From the human T2T-CHM13v2.0 reference genome, Homo sapiens, in the NCBI RefSeq assembly GCF_009914755.1, contig NC_060926.1: a stretch of DNA of 64,000 nucleotides; one strand, 5' to 3'. Below are positions 30,655 to 43,565 of the stretch, one piece after another. How positions within the stretch are numbered: the stretch's first letter is position 1; each line of letters starts with the position of its first letter. Below the pieces are notes generated by a model. That model did no database searches. It saw nothing but the letters and a program-made list of their open reading frames with translations, and was not told where the DNA came from. A program made the position numbers and the translations under genes.

Positions 30655-30969
30655 TAGGGGTTGACAGACTACCACCTTCTGGCCAGCCTGGTCTCTTGTT
30701 CGTTCTGTCTGAGAAAATGGTTTGTACATTTTTAAGTAGTTGAAAAATAAAAATATTGTGACACGTGAAAATTATATGAAATTCAGATTTCAATATCCAT
30801 AAATAAAATTGTATTGGAACACAGCCGTACTCATTGACTTAGGGATTGTCTGTAACTGCTGTCACATGACACTGGCAGCGTAGAGTAGTAGTAACAGAGA
30901 CCAAATGGCCTGCAGAGCCTAAAAATCTCTGCTGTCTGGTTTTTCATAGAAAAAAGTTTTCAACCCTTG
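30655..30969. mobile_element. hAT-Charlie MITE (MER33/MER58B-like)
   Basis: TAGGGGTTGACAGACTAC...GTGACACGTGAAAATTATATGAAATTCA...AAAAAGTTTTCAACCCTTG; terminal inverted repeats. Confidence 0.8.
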
Positions 30970-32279
30970 CTTAAGGTTGAAACTTGTTCAGCCTTGGGTT
31001 AAGGTTGAGCCATGATTTACTTCTAGGCAGTTAGAGAGACTTCTTTAACTATACTCTCCTGAACATAGCATGGGGTCATTGGGGAACTGCTAAGTAAATA
31101 TTAATAATTGAGTATGGAGATGAGAGATGAAGGCAGGAGAGGACCATATTACTGACTATCTTCAGCGTCATGCTGAAGAGTTTGGCTTTGGGCCTGAAGC
31201 TGTTGGGGGAAACCACTAAAGGACATGTAATCAAGTTTGGATTTTAGAAAGTTTAGTTTGCTCGTACTGGGGAGAATGAATTGGAGCAGACAATATTGAA
31301 AATAGGAATATCAGTGTGGAGTTTTTGCAGTAATCTAGGAGAGACATGAAGGGCCTGAAACAGGTCTTCCCTCTGGTTTTCTTCAGTAGTGGGATAGGAG
31401 ATACAGACAGATTTAAAATTAGAGGAAAAATCTACAAGACTCTGTTATGAATCAGGCACTTTATGCATATGAGTTTAAGTGTTCATAGTAACTCTGAAAG
31501 GTCATTATTTTATAATACCAATTAAAAAGGCCCCAAAAAACTGTAAGTGGGATAACTGGAGTTTGATCTTTAAAAAGTCTATGCTTTTTTACTGAACTTT
31601 GCTGTGTCTGTTTTTACCTGGGAATAATGCTGCCTACCTACTTTGGATTGAATCAGTTTTCCTATTTTCCAAATAGCTTATAATTGCCACAGAAAAATAC
31701 ATAGCCAAAATAAGGAGATGCCGAACTACGTTACTATGCACTTTTATTTCCCTGTATTAAGCACAGGTTTGTTCGTTCTGGATCCACAATGAATTTGATT
31801 TTTGACTTTTTGAAAGTCTTTATACTTGAAAAAAAAAAACTTTTTACTGTAAGGTAAATATTTTTAATGCCTTTAACTTGACAAACTTGCTGTATACCCT
31901 AGGGTAGATGATGGAATTTGAAAAACAACAGATAAGATAAAGACACATTCCTAAGAAATGTATGAGAAAGTGTTTTTAGAGCAAGCTTTTGAGAATCATT
32001 TTCTTTTCTTTGCTTATTAATCTCTTCCTACCTCACATCACTGACATTTTGTTTTAACCCTGGATAAGGCAGTTAGCTATTTGTGTCAGACTTCATTGGA
32101 CTTATTTAAAACTGGGTATACTCTGCTCCTTTGGGGATTTGTCTGGCATTTTCATTATAAAATGCATTCTCGATAGCAAATTCTCACAGTCCTTTGTTTT
32201 AAAACAACATTAGAGCATTTCATATCTTGGTTTTAGTGAAAGAGTAGAACTACAGAGTAGTTTTCAGACTTCAAAATTT

Positions 32280-33730
32280 TTAAATCAGCTTTATTGAGCT
32301 GTCCTTTACATATAATAAAATGACAATTTTAGGAGTACAATGGGTCTTTAAAAAATTTATATCATTGTGTATTCACTACTACGATGAAGATACAGAACAT
32401 TTTCATTACCAAAAAAATTCTCTCATGCCTCTTTGTAGTCAGCCCCTTCCCTCTACATAGACTCCAGTTCTTGGCAACTGCTGATCTGCTTTTGTCCATT
32501 GTATTTTGTCTTTTTTTTCTTCTCCTTTTTTTGGAGCGGGGGGGTGGGGGGGACAGGGTCTTGCTCTGTTGCCCAGGCTGGAGTGCAGTGGCAGGATCTC
32601 ATTTTACTGTAACGTCCAATTCCTGGGCTCAAGTAATCCTCTCACTTCAGCCTCCCAAGTAACTGGGACTATAGGCACACACCACCGTGCCCGGCTAATT
32701 TTTTTTTTTAATTTTTTGTAGAAATGGGGTTTTGCCATGTTGCCCAGGCTGGTCTTGAACTCTGGGCTCAAGTGATCTGCCTGCTTCAGCTTCCCAAAGT
32801 TCTGGGATTACAGGGGTAAGCCACCACATCCAGCGTATTTTGTCTTTTCTAGAATTTCACATGACTGGGATCTTATAATCTGTGGTCTTTTTTGTGCTTT
32901 TTACGTAGCATATTGCTTTAGAGATTCATCCATGTTGTTTGTTTCACTAGTTCGTTCCTTTTCATTGCTGAGTAATATTTCTTTGTATGAATATACCACA
33001 CTTAGTTTATTGACTAGATGATGGACATTTCAGTTGCTATTAGTTTTGGCTGTTACGAATAAAGCTGCAGTGAACATTTGAGTATACATCTTCTTTCAGG
33101 CCCTAGCAACCATGAATCTGTTTTCTTTCTCTATGAATTCGCCTATTTGGTGCTCATTTTTTTTTTAAAAAAAATGGTTGCCTTAAGTTTTGAGAGTATT
33201 TTATATGCTTTGGGTACAAGTCCTTTATAAAAAATGTGGTTTGCAAATATTTTCTCCCAGTCTGTGGCTTGCCCTTTCATAAACTAACAGTCTTTAGAAG
33301 AGTGAAAGTTTTTTAGTTTGATGAAATCCATTTATCAGTTTATTTTGATGTTCAACTTATTTTTTTCTTTTGTAGTTTATACTTTTTGTGTCCTACTTAA
33401 GGAATTTTTGCCTAACCCAGGGTCACAAAGATTCTTATTATTTCTTAGTTTTTGCTCTTATTTTTAGGTCGATGATCTCTTTAGAGTTAATTTTTGTATA
33501 GGGTACAAAGTCAAGTTTCGTTTATTTGCACACTGATGATTTTTGTTCCAGCACAATTGAACTAATCGGAAAGATTAGCCTTTTTCCATTGAATTACCTT
33601 GGCACCTTTGCTGAAAATCAACAGACCACATATGTGTAGATGGAGTTCTGCACTCTGTATTCTGTTATGTCAGTCTCTGTTTGTCACTAAGCAAATACCA
33701 CCTTGTCTTAATTACTATAGCTGATAGTAA
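32280..33730 (-). mobile_element. Old L1 (L1MB/ME-like) fragments, interrupted by minus-strand AluJ (~32512-32833)
   Basis: AGAGATTCATCCATGTTG, TTGCAAATATTTTCTCCCAGTCTGTGGCTTG, TTGTTCCAGCAC motifs; Alu TSD GTATTTTGTCTTTT. Confidence 0.8.
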
Positions 33731-33797
33731 AGGTTTCAATTAAAATTTTTATATATTTGAAAAATAATGTAGAGGAAATGGAAAATAATGTAGAGGA

Positions 33798-34009
33798 CCT
33801 CCTGGGCTCAGGTGATCCTCCCACTCACCTCGCGGAGTAGCTGGGACTACAGGTGCACACCACCATGCCTGGCTAATTTTTGTATTTTTTTGTTGAGAAG
33901 GGTTTTTGCCATGTTGCCCAGGCTGGTCTCAAACTCCTGGGCTGAAGTGATCCGCCAGTCTCAGCCTCTCAAAGTGCTGGGATTACAGGCCGTGAACCAC
34001 TGCTCCTGG
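33798..34009 (-). mobile_element. AluJ, 3'-truncated
   Basis: Starts mid right arm (CCTCCTGGGCTCAGGTGATCC), no poly-T. Confidence 0.85.
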
Positions 34010-34043
34010 GTACTTATATTTTAGGGTTTACTTTTAAAATTAC

Positions 34044-34314
34044 TTTTTTTTTGAGACAGAGTCTTGGTTTGTCACCCAGGCTGGAGTGCAGTGGTGCGAT
34101 CTTGGCTCACTGCAGCCTCTGCCTCCTGTGTTAGCCTCCCGAGTAGCAGGGATTACAGGCACCTGCACCATGCCTGGCTAATTTTTGTGTTTTTAGTAGA
34201 GATGGAGTTTCACCATGTTGGCCAGGTTGGTCTTGAACTACTGACCTCAGGTGATCTGCCCACCTTGGCTTCCCATAGGGCTGGGATTACAGGTGTGAAC
34301 CGCCATGCCCAGCC
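34044..34314 (-). mobile_element. AluS
   Basis: Dimeric Alu; TSD TACTTTTAAAATTACTTT. Confidence 0.9.
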
Positions 34315-34335
34315 TACTTTTAAAATTACTTTCAA

Positions 34336-35081
34336 GGGCCAAGCATGGTGGCTTACACCTGTAATCCCAGCGCTTTGGGAGTCCAAGGCAGGAGGATCGC
34401 TTGAGCCCAGGTAGGCAGCATTATTCCCAGGTAAAAATAGACATAGCAAAATCAGTAAAAAGAGCATGGACTTTTTAAAGTTCCAACTCCAGTTATCCCA
34501 CTTACAGCTTTTCTGAGCCTTTTTGTTTAAGTTTTTTAAGAGATGGGATTTCACTTTGTTGCCTAGGCTGGTCTCAAATTCCTGGGCTCAAGCAGTCCTC
34601 CCTACTCGGCCTCCCAAAGTGCTGGGATTACAGGCATGAGCCACCATGACGAACCACGAGCCTTATTTTTAAAACAGTGATAATATTTCAGAGTTACTGT
34701 GGGGAGCACCTGAAATTATATTCATGAAGTGCCTGATTTATAAGAGAGTCTTGCTGATTTTTCCTCTTTAATTTTAAATCTGTCCATGTCTCCTATCCCA
34801 CTACCAAGGGAAGAGAGGAGGAGACCTGTTTCAGGCCTTTATCATGTCTCTCCTAGATTGAGTTCAAGACCAGCCTGGGCTACATAGCAAGACCATGTCT
34901 CTACTAGAGAGAAAATAAGTGAGCCAGGCGTGGTAGTGCATATCTGCAGTCCCTGTTACTTGGGAGGCCAAGACGAGAGGATTGCATGAGACCAGGAGTT
35001 CAAGGTGGCAATGAGCTGTGATCTTGCTACTGCACTCCAGGTTCTGTGACAGGGCGAGAACCTGTCTCAAATAAATGATAA
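34336..35081 (+). mobile_element. AluJ split by a 449-bp insertion (34412-34860)
   Basis: ...TTGAGCCCAGG (to 34411) rejoins AGTTCAAGACC (from 34861); TSD TAAAATTACTTTCAA at 34321-34335 and 35082-35096. Confidence 0.9.
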
Positions 35082-36204
35082 TAAAATTACTTTCAAAAAC
35101 ATGATCTCCTTAATTCACTAACAATCTTAGGAATTAGAACAGACATTAATATCCGTATTTTATAAAAGAGGAAACTATAAGGTTTAAGAGGGCTGGTTTG
35201 ATATCATACAGTTAGTGTGATAAAGCACTGAAGCCCAAGTCATGCCTTTCAAAATACGGTGCTTTCCACTATACGATACTTTTTTCATTTGCTGTTGTTC
35301 TCTTATGTTGAATACTGAAGAAAGAGTGTTTTATGAATAATTCAATCACAAAATTTTATTTAATTATATAGCTATATGAAGACAGCTAATCCATTTCCTT
35401 GGTTACTAACATCATGAGACATATTACGAAGTCAAAATTCCCAATCTGAAATGCAAAGAGGAAAAAAAAAGTCATCAAAATTGGGCTCTTTTTTTTTTTA
35501 GGTGATGGTGTTTTACAACCAGAAGAGGTGCTTATAATTTGATTTTAAATTTAGAAATGCAGGGAAGAGGCAAGATTTGTTAAAAGAAAGCAGAAATATT
35601 CCTTGAGAAAATTATTTTAAGAATTAAAGATGTTCTTGTCAGGATGATAGAACTTAAGCTTTAGACTATTTGAGTGTGTATGTGTTATCTATATTCTCTT
35701 TTGTTGCCAGACTTTCTATTCTTTGCAACCTTAAGTCTCTTCCCTCCCATTCCCTCCTCCTGCTGAGTCCCCCCACAATGTCAGGTCATAGTTAGGAGGT
35801 TCTTGCAGGAGTAGTGATGAAAGATAATGGTGACTAGAGTTTGAGTAGTGATGGCAAAAGAAACGGTAGGGTTTGGGATATATTTTGAGGGGCCTATGGA
35901 TGTGCTTGATGAATGGATGTAAGGGACGAAGAAAACCAATGAATCACAGATAACTCCTAGTTTTTCAGCTTGATCAACTTGGTAGTACTATTTAGTGATG
36001 TGGGGAAGACTTAGATGAATTAGATGAGCTATACAGTGAATGATGGGAAATCAGATAGAAGCTATTTTTTTAAGTTTTGTTTTCATAAAAAGTAATATCA
36101 CATCTCAGACATTGGAAAGGTAGAGACTAGATGAAATTACTTATGATCCTGACTTCCTGACACAATAATTTTAAGTGTTTTGGTGTGTATCTTTATAGTC
36201 TTGC

Positions 36205-36488
36205 ATAGGGGTTGGCAACTTTCTGTAAAGGCAGCTTCTTAACTCTGTTGTAGCATGAAAGCAGCCATAAACAATATGTAAACAAATGAGCCTGCTTGTG
36301 TTCCAGTGAAGCTTTATTTATGGACACTGAAATTTGAACTTAAGGTAACTTTCACATATTGCAAAAAATTCTTTTACTCATTTTTTTCCCCAAACATTGA
36401 AAAATGCAAAAACCATTCTTTGTGTGCAGGCCACACAAAAACAGTTGACAGGCCAGATTTGGCTGTGTAGCCAGTTTGCAGGCCCCTG
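36205..36488. mobile_element. hAT-Charlie MITE (MER58B-like)
   Basis: TAGGGGTTGGCAACTTTCTGTAAAGG...AGTTTGCAGGCCCCTG terminal inverted repeats. Confidence 0.8.
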
Positions 36489-37268
36489 GTCTTGTGCATT
36501 TGTTTTATGGTTATAGTCATATCTTACATTGAATTTTATTACCTACCTTTTCTACTTTATATATGTGCATACTTTTTAAATTGAAAGACAAAGTGATTGC
36601 ATTCGTTGAATAGTAAGCCCTGATAAACTTAGTTTACAAAGTGCCTTTATGTTCATTATTTTTTTTAATTCTTAGAATAACCATGGGAAGTGTGTGTCAT
36701 GCTTAATATAAAGTAAAATATGTATTATGTACATAATTGAGGGTAAGTTATACATTATCATTAGAACTCTGTCTCTTCCATTTCTCTCTATATGTTGGCT
36801 TTATTCTCTGAAATGATCTTCCCCCAGCAGCAGTGGTCATGGCTACCGGTAGCTCTGGAACAACATCCTCAAAGTTTCCCTCCCTCAACACTAGTTTGAG
36901 AAATTCTAAGGCAGGACTTTGGTCCTGTTACATCAAAATTTCATCCCCCTGTTAATCATTATGTGTTGAAAGGGCAGGGTCATGTAGGAAGATAAGAGTT
37001 CTCATTTAGAACCAATGTTTAGAAAAATAGGAGGGAGAGTGGATAGTTTCTCAAATGAAGGATAGGGTAGTGCAGACATGGCCACCTGGGGGAATTATGA
37101 ATTAGCCACCCCAAATTGTGTCTGTTGACATTGTTTAATATTGATTTAAAATTATTTAATTTTATGCTCTTTTCATTTACCTATTTGTATTATGCTCAGT
37201 TCTCTTTGCCGTTGCCACTTTATGTTTTATCACCACCTCAAACTGAATTTTAAAAATCCCTAGTTTTG

Positions 37269-37621
37269 CCGGGCGTGGTGGCTCACGCCTATAATCCCAA
37301 CACTTTGGGAGGCTGAGGCGGGCGGATCACCTGAGGTCAATAAGAAACCTGGCCGGGCACGGTGGCTCACACCTGTAATCCCAGCTCTTTGGGAGGCTGA
37401 GGTAGGTCATTTGAGGTCAGGAGTTTGAGACCAGCCAGGCCAACACGGTGAAACTCCATCCCTACTAAAAATACAAAATTAACCAGGCATGGTGGCACAT
37501 GCCTGTAATCCCAGCTACTCGGGAGGCTGAGGCAGGAGAAACATTTGAACCTGGGAGGCGAGGTTGCAGTGATCCGAGATCAGGCCATTGCAATAAGAGG
37601 GAAACTGTCTCAAAAAAAAAA
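37269..37621 (+). mobile_element. Compound Alu: ~70-nt Alu 5' piece + 11-nt spacer + full AluS
   Basis: TSD AAAAATCCCTAGTTTTG (37252-37268, 37622-37638) brackets both parts. Confidence 0.9.
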
Positions 37622-37690
37622 AAAAATCCCTAGTTTTGAATGTAATTTCCCCAAGAGTCTGGGTCTTATACCTCAGTGAAAGTTACTCTT

Positions 37691-38127
<437 letters not shown>

Positions 38128-38561
38128 TGATTGCAATATGAAGAGTTAGATGAGAAATAGGTGAGCATCATTTGTAAACTCCAGACATTAAAGCATGAAG
38201 GATTTTGCTAGAATAACTGGCTCCCACTAGGATTCAAAAACCCAGAAAAACAGTGATAAATGAAGCAGTTGCTCTTCTCTGAGTCTTCAGAGCAACTGAT
38301 TCCAGTATCATGATTTTCACTTTTCTGTGGTCCTTATCTAGAGACCCTGAGATTCTTGGTGCATCTGCAGAAAGCATTTAGGGTTTTGCTAATCTGGAGG
38401 AGTGATTGGTGAAACTCAACAGTCATGAAACTGCTTTGCAGACTCTGAGGTAGTATAGTGTATGTCAGGGAGGTGGTGGAAACTGACATGTTTGGCTGGT
38501 TGGCTCCACTTAGCCAAACCTTAGTCTTTAGCTGCAGTACAATATGTTTCATAGTAAAGAA

Positions 38562-38833
38562 CAGTCATATACCACATATGAGGGTATTTCCATAAGATTT
38601 TAATACTGTATTTTACTGTACCTTTTCTGTGCTTACATACCATTGTGTTACCTTTGCCTACAGTATTCAGTGCAGTAGTATTCTGTACAAGTTTATAGCC
38701 TAGGAGCAATAGGTTATACCGTATAGCCTAGGTCTGTAGTAGGCTATACCATCTAGGTTTGTGTAAGTACATTCTGTGATTTTGCACAATGAAATTGCCT
38801 GTGATGCATTTCTCAGAACTGACACATGTCTGT
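38562..38833 (+). mobile_element. Tigger3a/MER7A-like DNA transposon relic
   Basis: CAGTCAT...CCATTGTGTTAC...AGCCTAGGAGCAATAGG...CCATCTAGGTTTGTGTAAGTAC...CATTTCTCAGAAC. Confidence 0.85.
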
Positions 38834-39165
38834 ACTGCAAAACGTGCATGCAGTTTATTCTGCTGAAGGAAAAATTAGTAGAAGCTGGTTTTTAGATGAA
38901 CGATAAAGAGTAAAAGCATTTAGAATGGTGTCTGCTGTGTGATTGTTTAGACTGACAGTGGAAAATTTCTTAGCAAAGAAGTTGCTGTTGCAATTTTATT
39001 TCTTAGGGCCAAACCCAATCTGATGCTATAATGAGAACTAAAATGATTTAAATTCCTTTAAGTTTTGACCTTTTTCATTTCTGAGATTTCTTAAAGGGAC
39101 ATTGTTGATATATTTTGCTTTTAAGTTTTCACTTTTGTCATCTATCTATTGAGTCATTATAGGCG

Positions 39166-39473
39166 TTCTTTTTTTTTTTTCCTTTTCTTAATGAAGTGGG
39201 GTCTTGGTATGTCACCTAGGCTGTTGTGCAGCAGCACAATCATGGCTCACTGCAGCCTTGACCTCCTGGGCTCAAGCAGTCTTCCTGCTTCAGACTCCTG
39301 GGTAGCTGGGACTACAGGCATGCACCACCATACCCAGCTAGTATCTTTATGTTTTGTAGAGACAGGATCTCACTATGTTGCCTGTACTGTCTGGAACTCC
39401 TGGGCTCAAGTGATCCTCTCCCTTTGGCCTCCCAGAGTGCTGGGATTACAGGCCTGAAACACTGTGCCTGACC
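39166..39473 (-). mobile_element. AluJ
   Basis: Diverged dimeric Alu. Confidence 0.88.
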
Positions 39474-40001
39474 TGCAGTCTTATTTTAAACTGTGTTAAC
39501 ATTACTTTATTGTGAAATAGTTGCAGAATTTCCCTTTTACCATTTTTAGGGTAATTCATGTTTGCTCATTTTAAATTTTATTAATCATTGTTTTTATAGC
39601 CTATATAAATATACACAAAAAGATAGTCATCATAAATTTTTAATGTGTAATGTTAATGGCTTATTTGAAATGGGATATCCTGTGGTGTTTGGTTAAGGAA
39701 ATCAAGTCCTTTTAAATAAGATTAGGCAAAGTATATTTGTATATTTTTCAATTATTTTCTTTATATTTCTTTTCTTTTTTTTGTATCTAGTCCTGAATCC
39801 TAATCCAGATCTGTATTTTTCACTTCTCTCTCTCTCTATTTTTTTTTTTTTGCACTGGATAATTTATATCATTGTTGACTTGTACTATGGAAACAAATTT
39901 TTTGTCAGAAAATATTTTGTGAATATTTTCCCCTACATTGTGGCTTGCCTGGTTACTTTTTTAGTGATATCTTTTGATTGAGTAGGACTTTTTAATTTAC
40001 C

Positions 40002-40297
40002 TTTTTTATTTCTTTTTTTTTTTTAGACAAGGTCTTGCCCTGTTGCCCAGGCTGGAGTGCAGTAGCTCATGTGATGCCCAACCTCCACCTCTTGGGCTCA
40101 AGCGATCCTCTCACCTCAGCCTCCCAAGTAGCTGGGACTACTGATGTGTACCACCATGTCTAGCTTATTTTTGTATTTTTTGTAGAGACGGTATTTTTAC
40201 CATGTTGCCCAGTCTGGTCTCGAACTCCTGGGCTCGAGTGATCCACTTGTCTCAGCTCCTAAAGTGCTGGGATTACAGGAGTGAGCCACTGCTTGGC
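40002..40297 (-). mobile_element. AluJ
   Basis: Diverged dimeric Alu within old L1-like sequence. Confidence 0.88.
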
Positions 40298-41656
40298 CAG
40301 GATCTTTAATCTTGATGGTCTGATTTATCATTTGTTCCTTAGGGCTTTGGCTTTTAGGTCTATGTTCTACCTTAGATTAATTTCTGTGTATGGTGTAAGA
40401 TAAGAGTTAAAAGTTAATTTTTTTCTTACAAATATGCTTATAAATGCTAACAAACAACATTGTTTGGCAAAGACTTTGCTTTATTTCCAAATCAGGTAAT
40501 CAGTATTATATTATAAAATTATTAGTTATTTCAAAGTAGTTGCATGGTTAGCTAGTTCATTGATTATAGAAGCTGTATTTTTTTAGGTCAGAATTATGGG
40601 TTTATACCTTCGGGATCCAGTTAACTTGGCCTTGTTTTGTGGCCATGGAATGTATTTCTCCTAAGTTGTTTTAGTCATTTGTTAGATTTGTTTCATTGCA
40701 AGTAAGAGGGTATATGATAACTTCATCATGCTACCAGATAAAACATTAGAGCATATGCCTTACACGACTATTAACTAATTTTATTTTGTGTGAGAGAGAT
40801 TACATTATTACATTTTAAGGATACGGTATTCATAGTATTATAATGTTTAATGTATCATACTCAGTTTTTATGCCATACTAAAATAAGCAAAAATAAATTG
40901 ATTTTAGTAAACATTAGAAATAATTTTTCAGAGTTTTGTATAGAGTGGGAAATGTAGATCTGACACTGTGAAATCCGTTTGTTAGGTTTTGTGGGTAAAT
41001 AATGCTAAGTATAAAAATACAAGACATAGAAAAATTTAAAATGTACGTTTGCATATGCTTGTGCCAATATATAGACCATTCCATAAACCCAATCATTGGC
41101 TTACATTTCTGAGATACCAGCATTAAACATGAGTTATCTTTTAAGAGGCTGAATTTGAATTATATTACTCTGTTAGGATTTGTGCCAGCTTTTGGTTAAT
41201 CATTATCTTGTTGATTATATTTGGTTCAAGATGACTCATTTTTCAAGGAGCTTTATTGCAACACTACATATTTACTACAGGAAGCCTGGATGGAAATGGA
41301 GCATCAGGTTATTGGAGATTTTTTTCTCCAATCTTTATTGTACCAAGTGTTATTAAAGTTAATTATTTTTCAATAACTGAATTCCCTGTGGAACCTAGTG
41401 CTTCATTAACCAACTGTAGGAGGATCATTTACTCCTTTTTCATGGCAGACAAATATATCTTTGATGATTGTTTAAATATTGGTCATACTTCTATACTATA
41501 CATTGACCAGACTTAGATGTAGTATTTTATTCTCATCAAATTGAGTATGGTCATTAACTGAGAATTTTGGAATCAGAGAGATTTGAGATTGAACCTTGTT
41601 TGTAAAATTTACTAGCTTTGGAAGCTTGTGCAAATACTTCTCTGAACCCTAGCGTT

Positions 41657-41731
41657 CATTCAGTCATTAATGAGTGAATTAATACATTCAGTCATTAATG
41701 AGTGAATTAATACATTCATTTATTAATGAAT
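41657..41731. repeat. 28-bp tandem repeat (2 perfect copies + degenerate partial)
   Basis: CATTCAGTCATTAATGAGTGAATTAATA at 41657-41684 and 41685-41712. Confidence 0.92.
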
Positions 41732-42563
41732 TTGGATAAAAATATTTACCTTGCAAGATCAGATTAAAAGGACATATAAAAGTATTAGCACTTAATATGT
41801 GCTTAATGATGATCACCATCTGTTGACGCTTGCTTATGGTATATATTGAGGTTAGGAGTGCCAATCATTTAGCCCTTCTGTCTCCAGGTTCTAAGAGATA
41901 AATAATGGACACAGCATCTGTTTCTAAAATTTAGACTGTCTGATAACAGCAGAATTTGAGACCATAACATGGATCTAAGGATAAATTGAGAGTCGGCTGC
42001 AATCACCAACAAATCTAGACTGTGAGACTATGGTAAGAGTTCCGTCTGCCATGTCTGCTCTGACTACACTTAATCTGGCAGCTGGCGAGAAGATTAGAGG
42101 CTTACTTTATGTATCTAGTTATCAGCGAAACAAAGAGCTGGAGTGAGAAAGGGAAAGATGGCCTTGTTTTCTATGCAGTAACGTAATTTCCTTCTTGTTA
42201 AAAATAAGGTCCAAGGAAAGCTAAATCTAACCCACCAAATTAGTAACTTCCCTTCCCCCTCTGCCCATGCAGGAGTTTGTGGCTTGAGTTTGTGGAAGAG
42301 AGACTGGCAGAGTTTTCTGTAATACCTAATACAGTAACCACCCTGCCTCCACCCTGCCCTCTACTGTGGGAAAGAGAAGGGAAGTCTCATTCTTTATAAT
42401 GGGAGATTAGTGTAAGAGTGCCCCCTACTTTGAAAAAGTAAATTTCACTTATGTTCAGTGTTTTTGTAGGCCCATAGAATAAATACAGTAGAAGAGCCCT
42501 GCAGAAATGAAAAGCCATGCTAGGAATCAAAGTAAATGTTGGTTTAAGGAAGTAAATTGTGTC

Positions 42564-42850
42564 TTTATTTATTTTTTGAGACAGGGTCGCACTCTGTCAC
42601 CCAGGCTGAAGTGCAGTGGTGCGATCACTGCAGCCTTGACCTCCCAGGATCAGGTGATACCCCCATCTCAGATTCCCGAGTGGCTGGCACCACAGGCACG
42701 CACCACCACTCCTGGCTAATTTTCGTATTGTTTTGTAGAGATGGGGTTTTGCCATATTCCCAGGCTGGTCTCCAACTGTGAGGGCTCAAGTGATCCGCTT
42801 GCCTCAGCCTCCCAAAATACTGGGTTTACACGCATGAGCCACCACGCCCC
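42564..42850 (-). mobile_element. AluJ
   Basis: Dimeric Alu. Confidence 0.88.
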
Positions 42851-43399
42851 ATCTTTTAAACTTGTTAATAGAAAAATTGATGTTGGTAAAGAAAAAGAAC
42901 CCCCCAAAAAGATAGATATAGGCAATAAAAATCACAAGTCATCTCTTGGCAGGAGGTGATAAGAGTTCTGTTTGCAAAGATATATTTAAGACACCTGCTT
43001 AAATACTAGATTTTTTTTAAATGAAAATATCAGTAAATCCAAAACAATAGTCTTCAGAAAAAAAAAACAAAATGGTGTAAACTCAACATAAATTGTGAAT
43101 CTGTTCTACAAATGAGTAATTTTAAATATCTGTGAAATATATATTGGTAGTGAATATTTTATCTTAAAAAGCAAAAATTTGAGAATGATCATTTATTGGC
43201 ACTTCAGAAGAAACCAGTAAACGTGTAGCAAAATAGTGAATAAATGTCAGTTAAGCCAGTAAGTGTGTCATTAGCTATTGACAAAGATTACAGTTTTGGA
43301 AATAACTCCAGATGTGCTCCACCTCAAACCTTGTGTACTCCTTTAGCCAGGATTTATAAAATAGAATTAGAAGCATAATATATATGTTTGTAATTTGAA

Positions 43400-43565
43400 G
43401 CATAGGGTGGTGGTTAAGAATCTGGGCTCCAGAGTCACAGTGCCTACATGTACATCCTGGCACCTGCAATTACTAGTTTGTAGCCTTGGGCAAGTTATTT
43501 AATCTTTCTGTGTGCCCCATTTGTAAAGTGGTACTAATACAAGTACCTAGTTGATAGGGTTGCTT
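43400..43565 (+). mobile_element. MIR
   Basis: GTGGTTAAGAATCTGGGCTCCAGAGTCA...CCTTGGGCAAGTTATTTAATCTTTCTGTG. Confidence 0.8.
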
